DNA of 64,000 nt, from positions 62,001 to 126,000 of IMG/VR virus record IMGVR_UViG_3300042484_001031. One strand, given 5' to 3'. Origin of the DNA: an uncultured virus (IMG/VR IMGVR_UViG_3300042484_001031) (taxonomy: Duplodnaviria; Heunggongvirae; Uroviricota; Caudoviricetes). The position numbers and the translations under genes were made by a program. The notes under the pieces are model-generated. The model worked only from the letters and a program-made list of their open reading frames with translations, searched no databases and was not told the DNA's origin. Shown here in pieces: positions 50,101-62,600 of this stretch (within the stretch, counting starts at the first letter, position 1; each line of letters opens with the position of its first letter).

Positions 50101-50579
50101 CAGTGCCAATACCAGACAAACCAACAATTAATGAATTGACACAGGCATATGGATCATTAAATGATTACAAGATGTTAAGTGATAGTATTATATTGAATAG
50201 CGTAGTATTTTTACCATTATTTGGACCTAAAGCGCCAACTCAATTAAGAGCAACTGTTAAAGTAATTAGAGCAGGTAACACAAATGCAAGTGATAGTGAA
50301 ATACGTAGTGCAGTTCTGTCTGCCATGAATACATATTTTAATATTAACAATTGGAATTTTGGAGATACTTTTTACTTCAGTGAATTAAGTGCATATTTAC
50401 ACGCTCAAGTAGGAGATTTAATTAGCTCCGCTGTATTAGTTCCAAATGATCCCACAATGAGTTTTGGAGATTTATATGAGATTAAATCAGCTCCGTATGA
50501 AATATTTGCCAATGGAGCAACAGCAAATGATGTTCTTGTGATTGCGGCACTTACACCAGCACAGTTACAGATAAGATAA
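47199..50579 (+). CDS. gp6: Baseplate wedge subunit
   Basis: YDYETLRKS.IDY, ENFIDTAERRDSVVKLA.LISY.PKR, FGDG.F..IP and QNRMVNGEDY motifs; follows gp25. Confidence 0.85.
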   Translation: MATSSRQSALFGVNDWKAIYQTFREADFRSYDYETLRKSFIDYIRVYYPETFNDYIESSEFIALMDVMAFMGQGLAFRSDLNARENFIDTAERRDSVVKLANLISYTPKRNLAGQGYIKVTSIQTTENITDLNGFNLSNQAILWNDPANVNWLEQYNTIINATLINTQRVGRPGNTAQLSGIKTDEYTINIPQNTLPIVPFTSVVDNQAMNFELVSSTTLDEDYVYEIPPAPSGRMNMAYRNDKLGYGSPNTGFFFYFKQGTLQNFDFNLEQQISNQVVDIDIQGVNNTDTWLYQLSTDNSSAVNRTLWNQVENVYADAYLQTENSVRRIFSVGSRFNDQVSYVFGDGVFSEIPVGTFRAYVRAGNALTYTIDPNEMQNLSVTLSYISRLGRTETLTLGLELQTPVSNAQARETLSNIKQRAPSRYYTQNRMVNGEDYNNFPYTLYSSIVKSKAINRSSVGVSKNLDLLDPTGKYSSTNSFSSDGGMYQDDTDGNILLTITTSGDIITFLTDTLGALLADNRARQYYIQDYTRYNVNAASGDGTVYWQEQTVNASSLTGYFFTINGSNNTPIPVGTYSTYNMKYTTKGAMMKFTAPAGYYFSDTNRLIAGIASPSDKTYIWTTVLNVVGDGYNNGEGAFSNGLGPITLNGYVPQGAIVSTILPAFDNSLPNIVIQECIVRMELNQSFSLIFDNSLTIAQDRWSIGTYDASNYFVNILSLGSNRYSISYRSLAYYFGSVADTRFTFENGKLVYDPFSGKILQDFVKVLATNTQPSSNYPLATPITTSIIGQTVESDGYVNDFEVEVASIDVNDRTIVSNPDFFTEVTGYVNGNTNIGIYTFFVLLQDAVNLSRYQLIPSTDVVYIYSTKTQIEIVKYEYPEGQLFYAFTDNLFYTTIQDQTVNTPFYIVTEQPQYIMKPGRQGLQFQYRHNSNNTTRIDPATTNIIDLYVVTQAYYTAYQNWLQDITDTVPIPDKPTINELTQAYGSLNDYKMLSDSIILNSVVFLPLFGPKAPTQLRATVKVIRAGNTNASDSEIRSAVLSAMNTYFNINNWNFGDTFYFSELSAYLHAQVGDLISSAVLVPNDPTMSFGDLYEIKSAPYEIFANGATANDVLVIAALTPAQLQIR

Positions 50580-50605
50580 GTAATATATAACCATAGAGAG
50601 AAATA

Positions 50606-53600
50606 ATGGCAACAAGAATTAGAACATTAAATTTTCTACCTGAAATATTTAAAACAACTACCAATAGTCAATTTTTAAACGCAACGTTGGATCAGATAGT
50701 AGACCAACCAAATACTAAAAGAATTCAAGGTTACATTGGTAGTAGATTTGGGTATGGTGTTAATGCTAAAAATTATTACGTAACAGAACCTACAAAAACT
50801 AGAACAGATTATCAATTAGATCCGGGTGTAGTATTTCTAAAAAAAGACACAAGCACTGCACAAGATTTTATAAGCTATCCAGGTATAATTGATGGATTAA
50901 AATTAGAAGGCGCATTGACAGGTGACAATAATAGATTGTTTACTAGTGAATTTTATTCATGGGACAGTTTTACAGACCTGGATAAGATTATTAACTTCAA
51001 CCAATATTATTGGATTCCTGAAGGACCCGAAGCCGTAACAGTTAGTACAGAAACTGTTTACAATGCTACAGATTATATTATCACAAGTACTCCAAATGGA
51101 TATTTAGTAACTGCTACTGGTCAATCACAAGGCTCTACTAACCCGTCACTTACATTATTGCGTGGCGGTACATATACATTTAATGTCAATCAAGCTAGTG
51201 AATTTTGGATTCAAGGAATGCCGGGCATTACTGGGTATGACCCTAATCAGCCTAACGTACAGACACGTGATGTATTGGGTGTTGATAATAACGGTGCTGA
51301 AGTTGGCATAGTAACATTTACTGTTCCTTTTAAAACTGCACAAGATGAATATGAATTACCCGGCAACAATCGTGTTGATTTAGTAACTACATTATTGTAT
51401 GCTAATGTTGACGGGGTATTACTCAGTAGTTTGACAAATGGAATAGATGGTATCACCTCAATAGACGGTCTTACTTTAATGTTTTATAATAATGAAAATG
51501 AAACAACATTTTATACCATTACATATACCGGTGATATCACAGACCCCACAATAACGTTAGTTGCCGGTACTACAATTCCAGTTGAAGAAAACATTACAGC
51601 TAATTTTGGTACAGAGTATATTGGTAGAACGTTCTACAGAACTACCGGCAGTGTAATTACTTTAATTCCTTATTTAAGTGCAATACTTGATACATTGTAT
51701 TATCAAGATGGAACGTCAAGTAATAAAGTAGGACAAATTAGATTAATCTCTAGTAATACAACTAACCGTATTGATGTGCTTACTGATATTATAGGTCAAG
51801 CAAACTATACATCTCCAAATGGAGTAGTATTTACTAATGGATTAAAAGTAATATTATCAGGAGAAATATATCCTGTTAGCTATGAGAATATTAGATTTTA
51901 TGTTGAGGGTGTGGGTACAGCAATAGAATTAATTCCAGTTACTGATTTTGTAGCCCCTGAACCGTTTACTCAGGGTACATATATACCGTTTGACACAACA
52001 CCATATGATATTGGAAACTTTGATGTTAACTTGTATATCCCTGTGTTACAAGATTATATTACTATTGCTAGAAACAGTATTGATAAAAACCCATGGTCAA
52101 GAAGTAACAGATGGTTTCATATTGACGTAATTAATGCAACAGCTACCTATACTAATAATCCAGAATTAGCTACACTATATGCTACACCTGACAATAAAGC
52201 TAATCGTCCTATTATTGAATTTTATCCTAATTTACGTTTGTTTGACGCAGGAGTTGTTGGCAAACCACCAATTGACTTTATTGATTTCAGAACAACTGAT
52301 GCATTCAATGATGTTACCGGTGTTGCCGGGCAAGAAAGTTATTACCCTGATGTAGAAGTATATACAGCATATACTGGATCAATTGTAGGTACTACAGGTA
52401 CATCTACTACTATTTCTATCTTATCCTCAGCCGTTACTGGCGCATTTCAAGTTGGTCAATATATAAATGATAGTACTAATGTGTTGCCAAGAAATAGTCA
52501 AATCACTGCTATAACCGGAACAACTACATTAACCTTAACAGTATCTTGGGTTGGATCACAAACTATAGTATCAACTTCAAATGAATCATCATTCATTGCT
52601 AACGATATACAAAACGATAGTTATTCAGTATTTGATGGAGCACGTATTGTGTTTGCAGCCGACACCACATTAAATGTAAGAAATAAAATATATGTCGTTA
52701 GATTTTCTACATTGGTGTTTGGAGACACTCCGGTAATTACATTAACAGAAGCAGAAGATGGACTGGTTTTAACAGATGAACAAACATTTGCATTTAGAGG
52801 TTATAACTATCAAGGCATGGATTTTCACTTTGATGGTACTAATTGGCAAGAAAGTCAACAAAAAACTACAGTAAATCAACCACCATTATTTGATATACTT
52901 GACAATAATGGAATTAGTTTTGGTGATCGTGACATATATGTTGGTACGTCATTTGCCGGTAATAAATTATTTGCATACGGTATTGGTTCGGGCATAGATG
53001 ATCCTGTACTAGGATTTCCATTAACGTATAGCTCTATTGATAATATAGGTGACATCAGTTTTGATGTGTCATTAAACTCAGAATCATTTAACTATGTAAG
53101 TGGAACTGTTCCTATTACACAAAAAGTTAATACAGGATATGTTTATAATTATAGTGATTTAACAACTTCAACAAGGCAATTGGGTTGGCAAACAGCAGTT
53201 GGGCCTAGCGTACAATATCAAATATTTGAATTTGATTATTTTGCCGCAAACCCTACCACAACATACACATGTGATATTGCTAAACTAGCTAACACCGATA
53301 GTCCATGGCCTACTATACAACTTTTTGTAAATAATAAAATACAATATTCAAGTGATTATACAGTAGAAACTACAGCTACACAAACTATAGTAACCTTTTC
53401 AGTACCTAATCCAGAAATAGATACAGTAGTTGAAATATTGTTATTAAGCGATCAGGTAAGTGAAACAGCCTATTATAGTATACCTATTAATTTAAATAAT
53501 AACCCACTGAATGAAGATATTGTTTCTGTCAATGTAGGTGATATACGTGGTCAATATCAAAGTAGTTTTTATAATAATCCAAATACTACCGGTAATGTAT

Positions 53601-56600
53601 TTGGTGCAAATAATTACCGTGACTTGGGTAATATGGTTCCATATGGTAATAGAATTATTCAGAATAGTGCAAGTTTAGTATTACCCGGAGCATTCTTACG
53701 TAAACAAAATCAGAATCTGTTCAATGCATTAATGTATAATGGTAGAGAATATATTACTTTCAAAACATTATTAGTTGACACAATTAATACGACAGATTTT
53801 ACTGAACGGTTATCTCCTGCAACTATGTTAGATAATGCATTAGATGTAATTACTAGCGCAAAAACAGATAGTAATAGTTTCTTTTGGAGCGACATGTTGC
53901 CGTCAAAAGCGGCATACATTACTAACACGTATAGTTTTGCAAACGCATTGGATGTAAGTATATATCCATTAAGTAAAATATATAATTTTGCCACAGCTAA
54001 TTATAATGGGGTATTGGTTTATTTAACTAATACATTAGGAATAATAACACAATTAATCAATGGAGTTGATTATACAATCAGTAGTGATAGCCCATCGTTA
54101 ACAGTAACATTGGATTTGGCTCCCGGTGATCAAATTACTATTAAAGAATATAATCAAACATACGGTAGTTATATTCCAAATACTCCTACTAAATTAGGTT
54201 TATATCCCTCAACGATACCTACAGTTATATTAGATACTGCATATTATCAACCTACATATTTTATTGTAGGGCATGATGGGTCATATAATAAATTATATGG
54301 TGATTACATTGACGGAGTATTAATTGATTTCAGAGATCAGGTATTACTTGAATTTGAAAAACGTATATATAACAACTTGAAATTAAGCAATGTTATTCCT
54401 ATACAAGAATATGAAGTATTGCCTGGTTTCTTTAGAGATACTGATTATAGTTATGATGAAATATTACAGATTTACTCAACTAGTTTCTTAGATTGGGTTG
54501 GTCAAAATAGAATTAATTATAAAACTCAGTTTTATAGTGCTAATAACGAATTTACATACAATTATAATCAAAGTGGTAATAAAATAAACAGAGAAGTTAT
54601 TCCTCAAGGATATTGGAGAGGTGTATATGAATATTTCTATGATACTAGTACGCCGGATACTAGTCCATGGGAAATGCTTGGCTTTACAGATCAACCAACA
54701 TGGTGGGAAACACGATATGGCCCTTCTCCATACACAAGCGATAACTTAGTATTGTGGAATGATTTAGCACAAGGTATTGATTGGAATAATGGTAATCCAG
54801 TTGTCATACCACAAGCAATTCGTCCTGAATTATTACAAGTATTACCAGTTGACAGTGAAGGTAATATAGTATCACCTTTTGTTTCTATTGTCGGTAACTA
54901 TAGTAACACATCATTCAACCGTGATTGGATAGTAGGAGATGTTGGGCCTGCAGAGTTCTCATATCGTAGAAGTAGTTCATGGCCGTTTGATTTAATGCGT
55001 ATATTAGCATTGACAAAACCTGCAGAATTCTTTAATTTAGGAGTTGACATTGACAACTATAAATTTAATGAAGAATTTAATCAATATCTAGTTAATGACC
55101 GTAGTCATTTAGTTATAAGCGATGTAGAGATTTATGGTAATGGCACTGCTAAAACAAGTTATATCAATTGGATTGTTGACTTTGAAAAACAAGTGGGCAT
55201 TGATGCAACCACTAACATTACTGATTTGCTATACAATGTTGATGTTAGATTAGTATACAGACTTGCTGGCTTTAGTGATAAAAATTTATTAAGATTCTAC
55301 GTTGAAAAATCAACAGCTAATAGTAACAATAGTAGTTTATTGATACCTGATGAAAGCTATCAAGTATTGTTATATGATAATCAACCATTTGATAAAATTG
55401 TTTATAGTGGTGTGGTTGTCCAATTAACAAATACTGGTTACAAAGTATATGGTAATAGTCAGACCAATGCGTATTTTAAAATATTAGCACCTAAAATTAA
55501 TGGTAACTATGAAAGAGTATCAGTTCAGGGATTAAGTGTACAATTAGCTAGAGACTATTACACTACACCGGAGGTAGTAGCATACGGAACTGAATTTATT
55601 ACAGTACAACAAGTATCACAATTTTTAGAAGGTTATGGAAGATATTTGGCTAGCCAAGGTGTATTGTTTGACCAAATTGAATCTGGCTTGACAGTTAGCT
55701 GGAGACAAATGGTAGCTGAATACTTATATTGGGCTCAATCTGGGTGGGAAGTAGGAAGTATTGTTAATATTAATCCGGCATCTAATTTAATTTCTATTAA
55801 CAAAGATAGTTATATTGTACAACCACTAACACTACAAAGACAAAACTTTATATTAAATCAAAACTTATATCCAATACAAAGTACTGACTTAAGCGTAATT
55901 CGTGATGGAACATTGTTTACAGCACAACCATTAAATCAAGGTGATACAGTTGCTTATGGACAATTTAACATTAGTAATTTTGAACATGGTATCGTATTTG
56001 ATAACGTTACTGTATTTGATGATGTAATTTATAACTTAATTACAGGTTTACGTCAAAATCGTATCACATTGCGTGGAGCTAAAACAGCCGAGTGGAATGG
56101 TACAATTGATGCTCAAGGCTTTGTCTTGAATCAAGATAATGTACTTGATTGGGATAAAACAGTAAAATATACAACCGGTAGTATTGTTAAGTATAAAAAC
56201 AAATATTGGATAGCTCTCACTATTATTCAACCTAAGGAATTATTTGAAGAACGTGAGTGGAAAGAAACTGATTATAACGAAATACAAAAAGGACTATTGC
56301 CAAACACAAGTACACGTTCTTATGAAAGTACAATATACTATGATGTAAATCGTGCTAACTTAGAAAATGATGCCGATCTATTAAGCTTCAGTTTGATTGG
56401 ATATCGTCCACGTGATTATTTGGCACTAGTTGATCTAACTGATATTACACAAATTAACGTTTATAAAAACTTTATTAAGAATAAAGGAACATTAAACGCA
56501 GCCAGCGCATTCAAGGGCGCTAACTTACCACAAGGTGGTATTAATTATGATATATATGAAAACTGGGCTATTAAATCAGGTGAGTTTGGTGGTGTACTAA

Positions 56601-59600
56601 ACAGCAATTTTATTGACTTCAAATTAAATCAAAACTTATTAACCGGTAATCCTAGCATCGTTGGATTAACTAATGGGATAACTACTGCCGGAGTACAACA
56701 AGAAGTACCGTTATATAGTTTATATAATTATGGACGCCCGGTAACTAGTACAGATGTATTGCCGTTATTACCAACAGATACGCCTTCGACATTATTTCCG
56801 TATGCAGGCTATGCTAACTTTAATGATATGCGTATTGCGGCATATTACTATTTTAACTTAGCAAACAGTACATCACCTAGAGGTGTACTAACACCTTTAT
56901 CAGAGTTATATGTAGGTCAGTATGTTTGGATAGCTGATTATCAAGGTACTTGGCAAGTAATGACACCTGCAAGTTTAGGAGCTGTTGTATTTGCTAAAAA
57001 TAACTTAAATGGTACTGCGACAATAACATTTAATAATCCACATGGATTGACAAAATATCAACCATTTGCAATTGTAAACTTTAATGATAGCTTGAATGGT
57101 TATTATATAGTTAATACTGTAATTGATCTCAATAGTGTTTTAGTCAATGTAACATTGGCACCGTCAATTACTATTGTAACTGGTCAAGGTATTGGATTTA
57201 GATTCCAATCACAACGTGTTGATAATCCTAGTGATATCATTGATTTGCCTTTATTGAATACAGAATTTGTTAAGAATAAAGTTTGGGTAGATACAAATAA
57301 TGATGGTGATTGGGCTGTATATCGTAAGAGTATAAATTATACGTATGATTCTGAATTAGTAAAAGATGGATCAGAATCATTTGGTAGTGCAGTTGCATAT
57401 ACCGATACATTAGGTTATTTAATTGGTGATGCAGATGCTGGAGTAACATATCGCTATTCTTTTAATGTATTGTTTGATAGATATGATTTGAAGCAAACAT
57501 TAACCGGTGTTGCATCGTTTGGTACAACAATTACATATGCCAATGACATATTTGTGGTGTCACAACCTACAGGTACACCTGAAGTTTATGTTTATCAATT
57601 AGTAGTTAATACTACTGTAGATGAATTACAATCATTGCAATCTGCTATATCAGCACCAGGCGGTGTAACTGAGTGGGGTAGAGCTATTGCTATATCTGGA
57701 GATACTAATTGGTTATACATATCAGCGGTAACATCCTCTACTAGCCTAGTATATGTTTATCGTTATTCAACTGTCACAGAAGAATATGAACAATCTGCTA
57801 CTATTGATTTGGGATTAACTAATGCTGATAACTTTGGATACTCATTGTCAACAGATTACTATGGTGATACTGTTATAATTGGAACACCAGATCAAAATTA
57901 CGATGGTTCTACTGAAAATTGGGGTTACACTTATGTATATGATAGAACAGTTCAAAATTTTGAAGCACAATATACAAGTATAACTTATGTACCACAACCG
58001 TTTACATTAGCTTGGACACCTAGTACAACTTCAATAACTGTTACTGCAAGTGATGCAACGTTAGATCGATTTACATGTGCTAGTAGTTCTAGTCTTGTTA
58101 TAGGTGACCCAATCACATTTACTGGTACTGTGTTTGGCGGCATAGCACTGAACACTGTTTATTATGTATTAGCTAAACCTTCAGGAACTACTTTTACTAT
58201 ATCTACTACACGTGGCGGATCAACATTGCAATTAAATAACGGTAGTGGGTCAATGACCGCAACTCAACAAGATACACCATTGTACGTATCAGTTAATGGA
58301 ACTTTAATTGATGATTCAACATATTTTAATATAGGTTCTACTATTACTATAGTACAAGGATTAAACGCAGGTGATATAATCACGGTAAGTAGTAATAACT
58401 TTGTGTTAGCCCAAACCCTCACAACTGAGAACACACCTAGAATTGGCGTACAGTTTGGTACTAGTGTAGATACTAACACATATGCTACTGAAATATTAGT
58501 TGGCGCCCCTTTTGAATTAAACAGTCAAAATCAAGAAGGTGTTGTATATCGTTATACTAACGGCGGTGGTAAGTACGGTATGATTATAGGTACTACTGCT
58601 ACTAACATTACAACCACTAGAACTATTTTAGTTAATGGTTATATGGTTGTATTAACCGCCGGCAATGCAACAGTAGTTGCTACTGCAATTAATCAAGCAA
58701 ACATTACAAATCTACAAGCTACCGCAGTCGATGGCAAATTAATTATTAGTTTATTAGATAATGCGTTAGCGTCACCAAACGATAAGCTTAATGTTACTGT
58801 ATTAGATACAGCTACATGGTCTGAATTAGGATTTAGTACCTATACTCAAACACAAGTAATTACTGATCCTCATGTTCAAGGCACAACTCAATTTGGTAAT
58901 GTGGTTAAATTTAATGAATTTAATTCGTTTGTTGTAAGTGCACCAACTGCTACACGATATCAAGCAACAACATTTGATTCTACCGATGATGAAGATTATG
59001 ATAACGATACATTATTTGATAATAATACTACACAATGGATAGACACGTATGCAAATGCAGGTGCAGTTTATATGTTTGATTATCTATCGGTTTATAATGA
59101 ATCATTAATAAATTGTGGTAATTTTGTATATGCACAAAGTACCAATGATATTAATGAAATATATGGTAGTCAACCAATGTACGGTCATGCAGTAGAATTT
59201 AATGCTTCACGTGTAGTTATTGGCACTCCAAACTTTAAGCCAGACACTGTTGCAGGACAGATTATAACATATTTCAATTCTATTGGAGCTCCTGATTGGA
59301 GCGTATATAGAAGTTCAAGCCCAATAGTTGATATTAATAGAATTCAAAACATACAATTGTATAGTGCAATCACCAACGACACACTAGATAATTTAGATTA
59401 CATTGATCCGTTGCAAGGTAAAATATTAGGGTCAGTTAGAGAAAATATTGATGTAGTATCTAATGTTGATCCAGCTGGATATAACAGTCCTAATAATACT
59501 CAAGGGTCAATGGTATGGGGCTCATCACAGGTTGGGCAAATATGGTTTAATACAAGCACAACACGATTTGTAAACTATCATCAAAATGATATTGTATATA

Positions 59601-62600
59601 ATAGTAAATGGTGGGGACAAATCTTTCCGGGTAGCGATGTAACGGTTTATAGTTGGATAACAAGTAATACTCTTCCGATATCATATGCAGGTCCGGGTAC
59701 GCCATATAATGTTGACACTTATTCAATTGAATATACCTTAAATGCAACTGGTGTACTAACTCCTGTATACTTCTATTGGGTAAGAAATACTAATATTATA
59801 TTCACCCTGCGTGGTAAAACATTAGCAGATAGTATTATTCAATCGTATATTGCATCACCTATTAATTCTGGTATAAGTTATTTTGTTCCTTTAGAACAAG
59901 ACATATTTGCTTTATATAATTGTGCTAATAACATCAATGCCAATGATACAGTATTACATATTGGTTATTCTACTGGAACAAATGATGATGTATCACATAG
60001 TTTATACAATTTAATTCGTACTAATTATGCGGATGATTTCTTACCTGGATTACCTACTACCAATGGAGCTGATGTTCCTGAATCATTATATGATAGGATG
60101 TTAGATAGTTTATGCGGTGTGGATGAATCTGGTGCAGTAGTTCCTGATCCATTCTTACCTAAACCAGTACAATATGGTATATATGCAAGACCAAGACAAA
60201 GTTTCTTTGTCGATAGATTACTTGCATTGAAAAATTATTTAACATATGCTAATGAAATATTATCACAATACCCTATAAGTGAAACACGTAGGTCATTATT
60301 CTTATTCACTGAAGGTGCAACTAATCCGTCGACAGTAGATAATCCTAATTGGTCAGGTAGTGTATTACCATTTTATGCCACACCTGATTATTGGTATTAT
60401 ATTAATTGGTGGGCAACTGGATATGATGATAATACTAAATCAGCATTACAAGTTCCTATATATGCTGACTTAGCAACAATAAATGCCACAGCTGGTTTAA
60501 TTGTTACTGTTGCGGCAAACGGAGATGGAAAATCAGAAACATATGTATATACTAATTTAAATACATGGGACCGTATTGGATTACAAGATGGTACGATTGA
60601 GTTTAGTAGTAATTTATGGGATTATGCTACAGCCAGATTAGGATTTGGAGATAATTTCTTTGATACTACACCATATGATACATATCCATCACAAGAAACA
60701 CGTAGCATAGTTAGAGCATTGAATGAAGAAATTTATACCAATGAATTGTTAATCTTCAGAAATAAAAGTTTAATTCTATTATTTGAATTCATTCAAAGTG
60801 AAACAATTGAATCACAAAATTATTTACCATGGTTAAATAAAACATCATTTATGGATGTTGGGCATACTATACGTGAATTATTACCGTTAGAAGTATTTCA
60901 ATCTGATAATCAAGACTTTTTAGCTGGTTATATCAATGAAGTTAAACCGTATCACGTAGTTATTAAAGAGTTCTTATTTAAGTATACTGGTTCTGATTTA
61001 TACGCAGGAACAATAACTGATTTTGATTTGCCCGCACAATATAATACAGATATTCAACAGTTTATTACTCCTGAATTAGTATATTCTAATCCAAGTGGTG
61101 CAAATCAATATTTACCAAGTGATCCTATATGGGAAACTGCTCCGTATAGTGAATGGTTTAATAATTATGGATTAGGTATTACTGGTGTTGATGATTATCA
61201 GATAACAGTATTAGCATCATATGTTTCATTAAATTCGCCGGCTATGGCAGTGGATAATGCATATGGCTTTCCAATCAATGGAACAATATTAATTGGTGAT
61301 GAATTAATTGGTTATTCTAATGTTAATCGTTCTAATAATACACTTAGTGGATTAACTCGAGGTGTGAATGGTACACCAGTAACAGTACATATTCCGGGTG
61401 AAATAATTACAATAAATTTACCTGCTATATTAGTATTAAACGGTGGTCGTGGTTATGCTGAACCTCCTAGAGTAGTTGCATATATTGATACTACTATATA
61501 CCCGGAACCAAGACGTGTGGCAGTATTGCAAGTGGTAATGAATTTAGATTCAATATTGCGTGTAGATGTAATTGATCCGGGAGACGGATATGCAGTATTG
61601 CCTGAAATTATAATTGACCCATCTGTTTCAGTAACATTTACTTCAGATGATGTTAATTTGTTATCAAATACAATATCATTACCTTCACCATTATTACAGA
61701 CAGGTGATTTGATAACATACACTATAGGTACAAGTACAACTCCTGTAGGTGGATTAGATGTTGACCAGTACTACTATGTAAATGTCTTAGAATCTACGCC
61801 AACATTTGTTGTTGCTTTATATACTACTTACAGAGATGCTATTAACGATAGTGATCGTGTAATATTATTTGATACTGGTTTGGGTGTTAATAATGTATTA
61901 AATGTTAGTGCAAGAGCAAGTTGTGTATCAACTTCTTTACCAATAAGAGAGAATCAAATAACATTACGTTTTGACAGAACAACATACAATTCAGAATTAA
62001 CTGATTGGGTTGGCGGAGCATTTTATGGAAGTTTCTATGCTGGATTGTATAATAATTCAGAAAGAATAGCTAGTTCAAGTATTGGATTACAGTCAACACA
62101 ACCTGACATTGACACTATATTAGCCAGTGCGGCAGGCGCAGTTTTTGAAATTGAAGATGTTACTAACGTTGAAGTTATAATTTGGAGTTCACGTACAAGA
62201 ATTGTATCAGCCATTAATACTAGTACTGATGTAATAACAATAACTGCCTCTGATGGCGGAGCATCACTTATTAATAGTGATTCAATAACTAACCCTACAA
62301 TAGGTTTTTATATTGGCATGCCAATTAAATTTATAGGGGCAGTGACCGGTAACATAACAGTAGAAACTACCTATTATATTAAATCGTTAGTTGACGGAAA
62401 TAAGTTTACACTATCTGCTTCAATATCAAGTGGAGTGCCCGGGGCAGTATTGTCAATGGCGGGTACAATATTGGGATCAGCTGGCTTAACTGGATACGTA
62501 GGTGAAGTTACTAATACAGCGGTTGTTACTATATTCTATCCAGGCATATTAACAGCAACTGCTACTAGTAGTATAACTAATGGAATATCAGTACCGTTAA

